Assembly: GCA_039096225.1 (NCBI GenBank)
Contig: JBBPEB010000013.1
Location: 310,001-374,000 of the forward strand
Direction: 5' to 3'
Length of the DNA: 64,000 nt
Source: Blastocystis sp. Blastoise
Lineage: Eukaryota > Protista > Bigyra: Opalinata
The translations under genes and the position numbers were made by a program. Positions 15,257 through 39,226 of this stretch are shown in pieces; within the stretch, counting starts at the first letter, position 1; the number at the start of each line of letters is the position of its first letter. The notes under the pieces are model-generated. The model made no database searches, was not told the origin of the DNA, and saw only the letters and a program-made list of their open reading frames with translations.

Positions 15257-16895
15257 ATACTATTTATATTCATCAATCTAAATATTTTCTTTTTTTTCAT
15301 ATAATTATTTTCTTTTTTTGCACTTATGTCATTCAATATATTTTTCATTTTTCTTCTTCATATCAATTGTACTTTTATTTTCTTTTTCCAGTTATCATTC
15401 GTTTTTAAATAGTTTTGTAATATAATTCATTTATTATTACTATGTTCATATCTAATATAATTTGTTTCAGTTTTATAATATAGTTATTAGGATTTCTTTC
15501 AATGAGTCTATTTATAGTTATCAATTATATATATATATATATATATATATTACACATTTGTTGGGTTCATAATATAAAGCAAACTTTTTGTTCTGTTTCC
15601 ATATTTTTTCTTCTTTTCCATCATCAACTACTTACAATATTCTACATGTTTTCCTTTAATTATTTAATCATAAAGCAATACCTAATAATTACATTATTAT
15701 AATGTCCATTATTTAAAAAAAGAACCAATAGAACCCTATCAATAACAAGAGAAAAGACTCTTTTTCTTATATAAATAGTAATTTCATTCTAAATAAGTGT
15801 GAATAGCAAAAACACTCTACTTACCAGTCCATTAATACTAGTATAGTAACTATATAGGAAAACCAATAAATCCTTCATCAAAAGAAGAGAAATAGACTTC
15901 TAATTATCATCTATATATACATATACATCTCTTTAAAGTATAATCTATTTTACAACCTCTCATTTCACAGAGCATCGTTTATAATAATATGTCTGAATAA
16001 TAAGTATATAGATCATCTATATTTATTTTCTTTTACTTGAATTCACTTTTTGAATATAAACAATTCTTATATTTCTGTAAATCTCTTTACTATAATAGAA
16101 ACGTATCATTTTAAACATCTATTTTTTACATTAATTATTAAAATCACATCCTTAAATCACAGACAAAACAAATAAGACCACAATACTATTATCTTCGTCA
16201 AATTATTAGAGCTAAAGTAGATGACGACACACAAATTAAAATCAATTAATTCACTTTTTTTAAATATCTCTTTTAATACTTAACTCTTATTCATATCTGC
16301 TTTCCAAGACTTGTCAGAAATCAATATTAACGTCATATACATTAAATAATGACCTGTGAAAGTCTAAATATGAATCTGACCAAACTCTCATGGTTTCTAT
16401 ATACTCCTATTTTATAATAATTTACATTATACTTATCATACTCTATTGAACTAAATACAGAAAGGGAAACCATCATTATTTAAGTGACGTAAGGTTTTTA
16501 ATTCAAGAATGAGATCAACCAATAATATCATTCGAATCCTCATTTATCATTAAACAAAAAATAAAACAATAGTAAGAGTTCTTTTTTTCCATGACGTAAG
16601 CATTAATATCTCCTTTATTCTTTGAATTCTTTACTCATACTTTCTTCTGAATACCTTATATATGTAATATATATTTGTATAAATAAATTGATTGCTCTTT
16701 TGTAAGCTTAATAACATTATTTCTTTTTGAAATCCAAAAAAGAAACGAATTCCACTATTCTTATGTAACTGCGTCATTCCATAATCCTCTAAAATATCGG
16801 CTTTGATTGGATAATACTCTAATCTACAGATAAGTATTTGAACTTCAATTTATTCTTTTCTTCATATTTTTTTTTATTCAAAATTGATCTCAATC

Positions 16896-19800
16896 ATGAA
16901 AAAAATAATACTATTTGTCTTTCTGACTCTCGGTTCGATAAGTATATTTATTTCTTTTTCCACTATCTCCATCAATTAGCTGCTGGAAGTTGTTCATTTC
17001 CCTCGCAAAAACTGAAAATAAATGCGGATTTCCCTATTATGAGTAGCAAGTACGCGTGGGGCATTAAAGAATATAGCGCTAAGAATAGAGATAAAAACCA
17101 ATTTGATGACGACAATTGCCTTAAAACGCCTTCAAGCGATTGTATTTGCTTAGAACTCGGGAAGGAATATGTATTTTCTATTCAAAATGAGTATATATGC
17201 CTATATAAAAATCTATAAAAAATAATTTTCTTAGAATTTTATCTCAGTTTTGTCAAAAAAAGTCAGTACATGTAGAAATTTCTTATTCAGACATTATTCT
17301 TGCTAATTTTACCTTGAACTCTAAAGATTCATCGGATATACGAACAATAAAAAGGTTCACATGTAAGTTTTTTGTTGATCATTCCTTCATATATTCTTTG
17401 TAGTGTCTTTTGAATCCAGAGATATTTCTTATATTAGTCAGCTATGGACCTATTCATATATGCTCTCTAATGATAATAAATGGCTTTCTTCTGATTTCGT
17501 TGATGATTCTTGGTCTAAAACCACGATCAAAGATGTTCCACTTCTAGGAAATGATCTGTACTTACGGAAGCAAATTATCATCGAAAATATATATAAGTCA
17601 ATCTCTGTGATCATTGTCTCGAATTGTTCATATGATCTATATAAGAATTCTGATTCTATTGGTCATTCTATGTCTAAATTGTATATATTTCTAATTAAGT
17701 ATTATGTGTGATTTTTATTATATAAGTTATAATTCACTCTAGAAAATATTATGATATTTTTTTCTTCTTCCTATCCTATTTCTATTCTATTCTCTTCTTT
17801 AGGAATAGTAACATAACCATTCATTCTCATGTGTATATATTTATAAATTAATTGTATTTCAATATCTAATTGTGTATATATATAGTATTCCTAGTTCTTC
17901 TTCTTCATCATTTATATTGGGTCTTCATTTATATAACTATAATTCTTATAATTCTTTTTCACTTTATATCATTCCTTCCCAACAATCATCATGTATATAT
18001 ATATAGTATTACTATCTTATTTACATATAAACACTTTTAAATAAATTATATATATATATATTAATATTCTATTTACATATAGTGAGTTCCATAAATACTA
18101 GTCCTAATAATCATCCAATCCGTCAATTATCTTTAACTACTCCTGTTTCTTGGGAATACTGTACAATTGGTTATGCTTATAGTTATATTCATAAAAGATA
18201 TATGCTGAATAATCCATTCTTCTATATGTCTGATTCAGAATATATAGAGTGTATACCTATAGAACAGATAGAATCAGATAGAGTTCTTGAAACATACTCT
18301 GTTTTCCGTTCGTCTCCATTACTTAATGTTCCTTCGTCTACAGTATCTATACGTCTTTTTATTTCTGATATATTTGTTGAATCTGTTTATGTTAATGAAC
18401 TTCTTGTTATACCCCAATATATAAGAACAAATCCCGTTATCACTATTGATATTCCTGCTCATTCTATTGAAAATAATCAAATTACATCTATTATCATTGT
18501 CTCTCATTATTTAGAACCTTCTTCTTTTTCATTCAATTGTGAAATCTCTCTTTTATCAGATTCTTATACTCTTGAAGAAAATACTGTTAAAAGTCAATTG
18601 TATATGTTCTTACAAACAGAATTCAATGGTGCCTCATCAATTAATTCAATGCTTCTTCTTGATAATGATGAAACTACTGGAATCTCATTTGGTAAATCAT
18701 TCCCCGATTTTAATATATTCTTTCAAATTAGTGAAGATACTCATTATTTCTGGTATAATACTATCTGTTTTGCTGGAAATCATTCTCTTATGTCAGTACC
18801 TAAAAAATTCTCATTATCTGGATATGATGAAGAACACTCTCAATATATAATTATTACTGAAGGACAAAATATACCATGGACCTCACTTGTATCTACAGAA
18901 ACTATTTGTGTACCTTTAAATAATATTAATCGAGCTTATTCTACTTATGAAATCATATTTCATATTGATTCACAAAACTACGTAGAAACTGGCTTAACAG
19001 AACTTTATTTTATTAATACAAATATAAATACTATTACTCCTTCTTATTCTCTTATCTATTCAAATACAACAATTCAAGCATATACTAATATTCAATCACC
19101 TATTATTACTCCTATATATGGATATAAGAACTTTTCTATGATACTTATAGATGGTAATTTTGAAGATTATAAAAGACTTCAACTAAATAATACAACCGGT
19201 GAACTCTCTATTCTTTTTGCATCTGAGAATCCATTTACAGTATTAATTACAGCTTATCAAAATAATGGAGCAAAAGATTCTGTTGCTCTTTATTTTATAT
19301 CTAATCTCTGTACAGAAACATTAATCTTTATTGATGCTCAACTAACTGATTTTATTATTACCAGTTATACATTTACATATTTCTTTCAAAATTATAATGA
19401 TGAAACATTCTTTGTAGAAAAGTATGCTTTTCACAAATACTACTCATGTTATCCTGATATCACTCAAACAATCTGTATGAGATATTTTAATTATATGAAT
19501 GAACCATTTTATTATATGCAATATCCTGTTTTTGAAAGAAAGAGATTACCACAATCACGAGTAGATGGCTGCTATGAACTCTCCATTATGCAACAACCCT
19601 ATATTAGATCTTTAATTGGATATAATATGATTGAAGATAATCCTTGTCAACATAATTATGATTATCTTCCAATGAAAGATCTTCCTATATTCAATGAAGT
19701 AAATCAATATTATAAATTCAAGATTCCTGCTGCTTATCTTCAAGATGGTGAATATGAACCTGTACGTACTTATTTGAAACTCTTTTGGTATGGTAATATC

Positions 19801-22800
19801 ACATTATATAAATATTGTCATAAAATATTTTCTGCTACTTTTAAACGATATCCAACTACTGAAAAAGAGAAATTGGGAAGAGACTTAACAAATGATCATG
19901 AGTATTACTCTATAACAATTGAACCACCCACATTATATGATATATATATCAGAGATGGAGTTGAAGAAAAATCTTTTCTTTACGATACTAATGATCTTAC
20001 TGATGAATATGTATTAAAACTAACTCCTGATCCAGAAGTAGGACCACAGAAATTCTTTATGACCTCTGAAATTATGGATCGATTATTCAATGAAAGACCA
20101 TATCCTCAAACTGGTATGTATAGTGAAATGTCACCTACTTCTTCTACTTCTTTTCCTGTTTTAAAAGAAGTATATGAATACTATAATTGGGCTGGATTTC
20201 CTTTTTGGCATCATATATATATAGATAAAAATATACGTCCGTGTGAATATTTATTAGAAGCAATAGATCTTGAAACTGGTAAATTGGTTCCTTTATATAC
20301 TCATTATCTTAAAGGTGATGATAAATATAATGATGTTAAAGTATATGTTGAAGGAAGATATAATCATTTTGAATTCTCAGTATTACCTGATTATGAAACA
20401 TCTACTCCATCTCCTACTTCTCTTTCTATATCTATGGATTATGGAGATGAAAATCATCCTATTACTACATTTGAAGAATACTTTGATACTTATTGTAAAG
20501 CAGCTATTAATGTTTTAAAACAAAGGTATTTAACTATTCGTTTATGTAATTTGAAAATTGGAGATACTGTACTTATTTATCCTCCTCTTCCGAAGCCTTT
20601 AACTGTTACTAGTGATGGATATTTAATGGGAACAGTACCTAGATCTATGAAAAGTGGAAATTATTTATTATCTATACATCGTAATACTACAAATTCGATT
20701 TTTACATCACAATTAGAAATAAGAGTTCAAGATTTAGAATTATATGCACAAATTCATTATTATATAACGTTACCTTATGGGAAGAATAAATGTAATTACA
20801 CACTTTATGATGATATTCATACCTATTATTCAGGACTTTATGAAAACAGTCTCTCTTTTGTTTTTCATTCAAATTCAAGTTTCTTCTATTCCAAAACTGT
20901 GTGTGAATCGATTTCAGATTATAAAGAAGGAACAATGTATTTATATATTACAGATGTTCAGTTGATTTATTATCCTTTTAAAGATGATAATTTAACACAA
21001 ATATTTATGATATCAGTCGAAGAACTTAAAAGATTTGGTAAAATACCATATGAATATTATAGTGATTTGTCTTATTTCCCAACAGATAGACTTGATCCAC
21101 CTGATATGAGTCTATATTATACACCAAAGAGAAATACATCACAAAGTGTTTATAGTAATTATACGGGAAGAATGATTTACTATCCAGGATATGATGGACT
21201 TATTCGTTTAAAATTTGCGGTTAATGATGCTACTTATTATCTTAATGGGAAAAGCTTTCTAAATACAACTACAATCATTACAAGAAAACAATCATTTTCT
21301 ATTGCTCTTCCATTTTCAGAGTTTTATCAATTATCAACTGGGAAACCTGTATCTTATGGTGATAGAACTTTTCAGTACTATTTTAATTATACCATCGAGA
21401 TTAGATCCAAAAATAGACAGTATTATTTAAATGCTCTCTCTATTTATTTATATCCACCTTATTATGAACCACAATATCCAGAATGGGTAACATCATCACC
21501 ATTATCTCCTTCTTCTCCTTCTTCTATTACTCAATTAAGTCGATATCCTACAAATGCCATTGTACTAACATCCTCAACATGTGAAGATACTATATTTACA
21601 TTTCAAAGTTCTTATTATGATGTTGAAGCTTATAATCAATATACTATAGTAACTCCAACTCAATGCAAACAATATATGCCTACAAGTTGGGAATTATATG
21701 GTGAAGATCAAATTGGTGAACTTCATCTACTTCATATTGCTCATGATGAATACTGGTTAGAATCAGGAAGTGAACGACGTATATTTAAATTCAATAATAA
21801 AACACCTTATCCTAAATATATCTTCAAATATAAAATGTGTTATAATTATCAACATAATTCAGATTGTCCTTATCTTCCTTCTAATCCACTTCATATTATT
21901 CAAAATACTTTATTACCTCATATTCTTATGGCATATAATGCTACAATTCCTGGAGATCCTGATAGAACGACAACAAACAATATATATCCTGTTTATTATG
22001 GTCAATATTATTATACTCCATGTACAGAACAAAACAAAATAGGATATAATGAGTATTTATCTGGAGTCTATTATTACTCTAAAAAAAGTTGTTATTATAA
22101 TATAACTCCTACTATTTCTATTCAAAATCTTCAACCTAGTTATTTACAATATTTAAGTCATATAGACATTTCTTTCACTGTAACTGATGGAGATTTATAT
22201 TCAATTACACCAGATTTACCTTTAGGATTAACAATGGATTCTTCCTATAGAATTACTGGAGTTCCTCTTTCTATTCCTATCAATAACGTATATGTACTTA
22301 CTGTCAGTAATCGTATTCGTATGGCTACTCTTACATTCTCTATTAATATTCAAATTCCTACTTGTCCTCAAGATGATACATGGCCTGAAACAAAAATAAA
22401 TACATATCTTCAACATAATTGTGATTTATATTATTCAGGATTATTATCTCGTTCTTGTGATCTTCATAAAACTAAAAATGAATATACTGTATCTTGGAGT
22501 GATATTCAAGGAAAATGTGAATATATTGTATGTAAAGGATTATTATATGTAGATACAACTAAAAAAGAATGTTCTGTTTGTACTAATGGTATAACAGTAT
22601 ATGATGAAGGTACTAATAAACAATGTAATCATTGTAGTGATACACAATATAGTGATGGTAAACAATGTTTTGAAAAGCATTATTGTGAACAAGAAGGAGA
22701 ATGGAAACCAACATTAGCAAATACTTCTGCATATATATCATGTGCTAATGAAAATACTAAGGGATATAAAAGCAGAAAATGTCTTTCAAATGGACAATGG

Positions 22801-24246
22801 GATGAAGTTGATCTTTCTGAATGCTGTATATAGTTTAATTATTTATATGTTGCTGTTTTTATATTTATTTATTTATTCATTCATATTTATTTATTTATAT
22901 TTATTTATTTATATATTCATATTTATTTATTCATATTAATTTATTTATTCATATTTATTATTGAATATATTATTCAATCTATCGGAATTCATATATATTA
23001 TACATATTTCATCATTTATACCCTATCCTTACTTTGAAATTTACACATTATATAATTATATAAATTTTTAAAATAAAATTCTATGAATATAAATATATAT
23101 AGTATCTATTTCCAGCTATGAAGGTGATTCTAGAATGTTCCATAAAGTTTCCTATCAAACTATAACAGCAAATGAAATTGATGATACTATTGTATATAAA
23201 TATATTCGAAATATTCTTAAACAAGAAGGATATTATTTATCAGATTTACAAGTATCCCCTCATTACGATTATGTTAATGAAGTATATATTAATCATTTAT
23301 TAATCATTTATTAATCATTTATTAATCATATATTAATCATGTTTTTAATGATGCGTTAATTATTATTTCATATCAATCTTTTCTATTCTTGTTATTCCCT
23401 ATATTTTCTTTATATATATATATACTAGATACCTATATAATAATACTCTTTCAATAGTCATCTTATTCCTTAACCATCCAGTATTATTATCATACAAATC
23501 GACAATATAAAACACATTGTAAGAATAGTATGAGTCATCATTTCAATTCTCTCCTTTCAACTATATCTTCTATAAAACCTGATGTTATTAATCCTTTTAT
23601 AAAAATTGATGCAGACCCTACTAATTATGCTGAATATGAAAGTGTCTCCATGTGTTATAATCCTATTACTAATGAACCATTCCCTCTTCAAACTTATTCA
23701 CCAACTACTTCCTATTGTCCTATATATAAGGGTCAGAAGAGTTTCTATAAGAGTTACTATTGCTCTCAAATAGGTTACTCTATGGTTCCTGTATTTGATC
23801 GATATATATTCTGTGATTCTCCTCAAATATCAACAATTGATCCTTCTGCAAAATTACTATTAACTATTCATAATATTACAATCAATAAAATACATTGCCA
23901 ACATCGCCTTTTCTTTATTAAGAAATTATCTCTTCTTCCAGATAAACGATATTTTATCACAAAATTCTCATTAGATCGTATGCAATACATATATAAGAAT
24001 GATGAGAATGTATTAGAAATAGAAGTTCGTTATTCTTCTCCTGTACTTAATAATGATATGATCTCATATATGAATCAGTTATTCAGTAATGACTTCTATA
24101 TGCTATATAACCTTATAGATATGACAGACTCTCCTAATTTATATATAGTTATTCAAGAACATTCTATTGTAACTAATGATCTTATCGGTGATAATAGCAT
24201 TATTATTAATAACTTAGAAGAACAACGACGTTTAAGAGGTCAGTAA
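16896..24246 (+). CDS. Giant (~2,100 aa) secreted/surface protein with signal peptide, discoidin/galactose-binding-like domains, He_PIG-like Ig repeats and Cys-Trp repeats
   Basis: MKKIILFVFLTLAAG signal; 4.7-kb exon; PKKFSLSG and PTSWELYG motifs; SITPDLPLGLTMD..ITGVP; CPQDDTWPET..SRSC and CEQEGEWKPT..SRKC..GQW. Confidence 0.75.
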
Positions 24247-25057
24247 ATAGATTTCTAAATCTTTATGTGTATCTTTAATTATTTATTTATATACTACTTT
24301 TATTGTTTTTTTAAATTAAAAACTTGTTATTTCTAAATGTATATCTTTAGCCACATTTAATTGTTTTATATGTATGAAAACTAATTCTAATTTATCTATA
24401 TTATATATTCAAAATATTATTAAATAATTGTATCTTTTTTATTATTGTAATATAATTACAATAAAATCCTCTTGTATATATCACGAATATTTATTCATAT
24501 TATAATATTGTATGCTATATAGATTAGTTTTACATATATATATAGTTTAGTTACCCGTAATTATTAAATAACTAATCATTTTTATAAACAGAAAAGTATA
24601 ATTATATAACATGAATCTAATAAATATACACATAATAAATTTAAAAGAACAGATACATAAATATTAAACGAAATCATAAAAAATATCAAGAGAACTAACA
24701 ATATGAATATGTATATATATCTATTATTCACAAAGAATAATAATACATGAAAACAGTTTATTAATACAGATAGTGATAGTAATATATATAATAGAATGAG
24801 AAAAATGAATAATAGCATAGATAGGAAAAGAGCAAATACCTTATAATAAAAAGAGTTATAATCTATATGTAGAAGAAAAAACACATAGAATTCAACAGAA
24901 AAAAAATACTTAAATTATATATATTTATGATAAACAAAATATATATAATTATACTGAAAAAAATAAGGTAAATGCTATTTTATAATAATTATTAAGAGAA
25001 TATATAGATATAATATTGACGAAAAATGTCTGAATAATGAAAAAATAGACAAAGAAA

Positions 25058-27474
<2,417 letters not shown>

Positions 27475-28380
27475 GAAAGTATCCTATATATTTAAGACTA
27501 TTGATGTACAATATGTACCTTATTCATCAGGCATATATAAAGAAAAAGGAATCACACAAAATTCTTTTTTTAAAAGAGCTCTAAGAAATTCAAAGAAAAA
27601 CACTAGAAAAAAACAAAAATTTCCGAAGAAACAGAAAAATGAAACAACACAGAAGTGTTTTCATGTGTTCACACAGTGTCAGTATATATAGTCAAAGATT
27701 TGTGTTTCTAAAAATAATTGAATCAAAGAATTCATTAATATAAGGCTATTCATAAAGTTTATAAATACCATGGGCTCATTGTTGACTACGTCACATTGAT
27801 TTATTTGTTAAATATCATTGTTGCCTGTTTTATACATAGCATATAGGTTACTTCTATATAATTTCTATTTCACAGAATTCCATGAAATGAGTAGAAGTGA
27901 ATTATTTTTTTGTATTAGGCAATTTATTTTAGTTTGTTGTTGCGAGTGAAATTCTGATGATGAAAGCATATGTTTCTGAAGTCTGAATATCTTCTAATGA
28001 AGAGTTTCTCTTCCATTTCATGTTAAATATCAAGTAGAACGACGTTATTTGAAAGAAAAATTCTTTGTTTGGTGTTTATTATATATCAATTGAAATGTCT
28101 ACAAATTTGTCATATGAATATTGATAAAAAAATGTTCTTTATTTAATTGATGACTTATAAAAGTTTTGGAATTTTTTTTATGATTTGAAATAAATAGAAG
28201 ACTCCTTGTATGTATATATACATCAATAAAAATACATGTAGATATAATTATTCAAGAAAAATAGTGAATATTATTCGTTTAACTAACAACAACAATGAAT
28301 AAAAAAACAAATAAATACATATATAAGAAAAAGAAAACCATAAAATAAAATTGGTTCTATTTGTTTTCATAGAAATAGCA

Positions 28381-35072
<6,692 letters not shown>

Positions 35073-35922
35073 TTTTATTGATCAACAGCAGAAAGAAAGA
35101 AATAAAAATGTAAAAAAACGTTTAGTTGTAAAACAAGTAAATAATTGCGAGAAAAATATTTCTTGAAATAAAGAATTTGCTGGCAATTTATTTCTTGATA
35201 AAAAACATTTTTTTTTTTCATTCTAATTGATTAGATCAAGAAATATATTCATAAATGGCTTTTATTTAATTCATATTTTGCTTAAATTAAAGATTTTCAT
35301 ATAAAATATGAAAAAAGGTCACATGAAAAATAAGTGAATTGTATTAAAATTCTTTTTTTTTATGTTGAAAAGATTTATATATATATGAATCTTTGTTTTC
35401 AATTTATTGTAATAAAACTATGTTAAAATGAAAATAAACAATAACTAAAAATTGAGATAAAATACATCTTTTTACTATGGATTACAATTACAAATATAGG
35501 TGATATTATTTGATGATAGTTATTTCATGATTTTAAAGCAACTAGACAATAATTCATAAAAATGTCTATAAGTTAATAAATTTCCATTGTGCCCATATGA
35601 ATTAAGTTGTTAGAAAAGTGAATATACATGTTAGAAGTACATTCAAATGTGAAAGAGTTAGCAAAAGAGTAAAAATTGATGTTCACAAAAACATTACTGA
35701 ATTCCTAGAATAGAAACGACTCTATTCGCGATTATCCAGTGTTTTTCTCCAAAAAACTCAAGTATCCATGGAATAATAGAGAATAAACAAATGAATTAAT
35801 GTAATCTTCTGGAAGCTTTTGGAGTTTCTACGAATTTATTAAAGTAGATTTAGACATTTTTCTATTATTTGAAAAAGTAAAAAGCTTTATTTTATAGTAA
35901 AATAAATTATTAATATATAATC

Positions 35923-36590
35923 ATGAGTGCTGATCAAGATTGGAAACCAGTTTCTTGGAATAAACGTAATGAAAAGAAAGATGCTTCTCAAAAGAAGGCT
36001 CAAGTAACGAATGCCCTTCGTACCGGTAGCGCCGTCACATCTACTAAATTTATGGCTGGTAAAAATAGTAATGCTCCTGAAAGAATTGCTAGTTCCAGAA
36101 AAATTGAAGAACAAGAAGAAGATTTCAGTGTTAAACATGTATATATTTATAGTTTTATAACATTTCTTTAAATAATTGATAATTCATTATTTTTTTTTGT
36201 GTTAATTATTTGTTTATTATATATTTATATATTTAGGTTGATCTTCAATTAAGACTAAGAATACAAAAAGCTCGTTTAGAAAAGAAATTAACACAAAAGG
36301 AATTAGCAGTTGTATGTTTTTATATAAGAATATTATAAAGTTTTATTTTATTATTATTTTTTTATATAAATTCTAAATTATTTTTATTTTTTTTTTTTAT
36401 ATAAATTCTAAATAATTTTATTTTATTTTTTTTTTTTATATAAATTCTAAATAGTTTTATTTTATTTTTTTTTATATAGAAAATTAACGAGAAGCCTTCT
36501 GTTATTCAAGAATATGAATCTGGTAAAGCTATTCCTACTCCTCAAGTATTAAATAAATTAGAAAGAATATTAGGTCGTGTACGTTCTTAA
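35923..36590 (+). CDS. MBF1: Multiprotein bridging factor 1, 3 exons
   Basis: QDWKPV; [36 protein letters not shown]. Confidence 0.95.
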
Positions 36591-37004
36591 ATGGAGGACT
36601 GCTCACTTTTTTTTTAATTTTTCCTTGTGCATTATTTTATATATAATACTATCTTCTTGTGTATGAATATATTTTAGCCTTTATTTCTTTCTGTTTTGCT
36701 AGCAACTGTGTCTATTATTCATTATTATTAGAGTGGGTTTTGTGATAAATGTTTTTTTATTAATAATACTTATCAATTCTTGCTGTTTTAATAAATATAA
36801 TATGTGTTTTGTTTCTTTGAGATTTGATAATCTCATAAACAATCGAATTTTTTCTCATTGGTTGGTTTTCTGAACAAAAATGAATAATTGAATGTTCATC
36901 ATCATTGACAAAACGTATGATAACAATCGTGTAAATACGGACTATTTTTTTTTCTTTTTTTTTGTGAGAAAAAAAAATCATTTGTATTTTCATAATTTAT
37001 TATA

Positions 37005-38221
37005 ATGGATAAAATGCAAAAGTTAACATTCGAACTAGCAAATAAGTATAAGGTTTTCCTTCTTGATTGTGATGGAGTTATTTGGAAAGGAAGTGAAGCT
37101 ATAAGTGGAGTTGCTTCTTCCATTAATTATTTGAAATCAATTGGAAAGAAGTTTTTCTATGTTACAAATAATTCTACAAAGACAAGAGAACAATTTGTTC
37201 AAAAGTTACGTGGATTTGGAGTAAATGCTGAATATAGTGAGGTTGTGACGTAAGTTTTTGTTATTTTCCTGTTTCTTAATAGATTTGATAAAATACTTAC
37301 GTTATTTACTGTATATAGATCTTCTTCTGCAACAGCTCATTATTTAAAGAATCAAGGTTTTTCGAAGAAAGTGTATGTCTATATAATTCTACTATTTCGT
37401 TAATAAGAAGAGTTCTTATTGATCTTTTTTAATAGATATTTTGTTGGTGAAATAGGTATTTCTGAAGAATTGAAGAAAGTAGGTATTGAGAGTTTTGGTC
37501 TTGAAGATACAAATAAAGAATTTAATTTACCAAATCTGAAGGAATTACCTGAAGATATAGGTTCTGTTGTTGTAGGATTAGATACGAAAGTTAGTTATTT
37601 AAAACTAAGTAAAGCAGTACAATATTTACGTGAAAAGGATGAAAACAATCAATATAAATGTCAATTTATTGCTACCAATACAGATGTCACTTTCCCTTAT
37701 AATGAAGGCAAAATTGTTCCCGGAGCAGGAAGATATTATTGTTTTTATTATGTTTTTTTTTTTATTATTATTATTATTCTTATTATTATTGTTTTTATTA
37801 TATTTTTATTATTATTGTTGTTTTTTTTAAGTTATTATTATATTTATTATTATTTTTATATAATATTATTATTCTATAATAATTATAATAATAATAATAT
37901 TATATAGGAAGTATTGTTAGTATTGTAGAATTAGCATCTGAAAGAAAAGCTGATGTTATTATTGGTATATATATATATTAAACTTTTTTTTTTTTTTAGA
38001 AAATAAAGGATTACTATTAATTCTATCTATATTATATATATATTGGTAAACCATATAATCATATGATTCGAATGATTCAGGAAGAATCTGGTTGTGATAT
38101 TCAAGATATGATTATGGTATATTTACTTCTTATTCTATATATATATTATATTTCTATTATAGGTTGGAGATCGATTAGAAACGGATATTCTCTTTGGAAA
38201 CCAAGTATAACTTTTATATTT

Positions 38222-38298
<77 letters not shown>

Positions 38299-38446
38299 GA
38301 ATCATATTTCTACATTATGTGTTTTAACGGGTATTACAAATATGAATATGATTGAAAAAATCGATCTTAATGATACAATTCAAATACCTTCGTATATTAT
38401 TGATTCCTTTGCTTCTGTAGGACAACTCTTCTCTAAAGATATTTAA
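37005..38446 (+). CDS. PGP: HAD-IIA phosphoglycolate/pyridoxal phosphatase, 7 exons (two introns non-canonical as assembled)
   Basis: FLLDCDGVIW; VTNNSTK; FIATNTD; PGAGSIV; IIGKP; MVGDRLETDILFG; VLTG. Confidence 0.9.
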
Positions 38447-39226
38447 AACCTATTTATTTTATTCATATTCCTTATTATGTGTACATATATAGAAATATCA
38501 TCAAAAAAAGGATATTTTTTGTTTTATATATTTTCTTACCCATCATTATTAATTAACAACAACTAAACAAAAATAGATAATAAATAAATGACATAATTAA
38601 ACCGACAAATAATGAAAAAGTGCAAAAACAAAAGAAGAATTGGAAACAAGACAATAATTTACTTCTAAAAAGAAATAATGAAATATAAGATATAGAAAAA
38701 CGTAAAACCTAGAGTACATACTAATCACTATAGATATTTCTATAAATGATTACTTTATAATAAAAGGATTTATGTGATATCAATATATATAAATGTATTT
38801 TTTAAATAAAAAATATAAAGCAAAAAAAAAAAGAATTTAATAAAATAGGAAAAGCAGAAAAAAAAATAGTGACCATAAATAGAAAATAAAGACCAAGTGA
38901 ATATCATTTATGTAAAAATGGAAAAAAAGAAAAAAATAATTAAAAATAAATGATATACAACTTATAAATCAAAATATATTTCACAAAAGATAATAATAAA
39001 AGAAATAATTAAATAGAATAAAAAGAATATAAGAATAAAAAGGAACAAATGACAAGACTACCAACAATAATCTATTGTTCACATAGAGATGTTTATATAT
39101 AGATATATATAAAAGAAATATACATAATTAAATAATAAAGTTTAAAAAATACGCAATAGCAAGAAAAGGAGACGAAATAATTTATATATATTTTTTTTAA
39201 ATCATTTCTAAAAATATACAAGCAGT

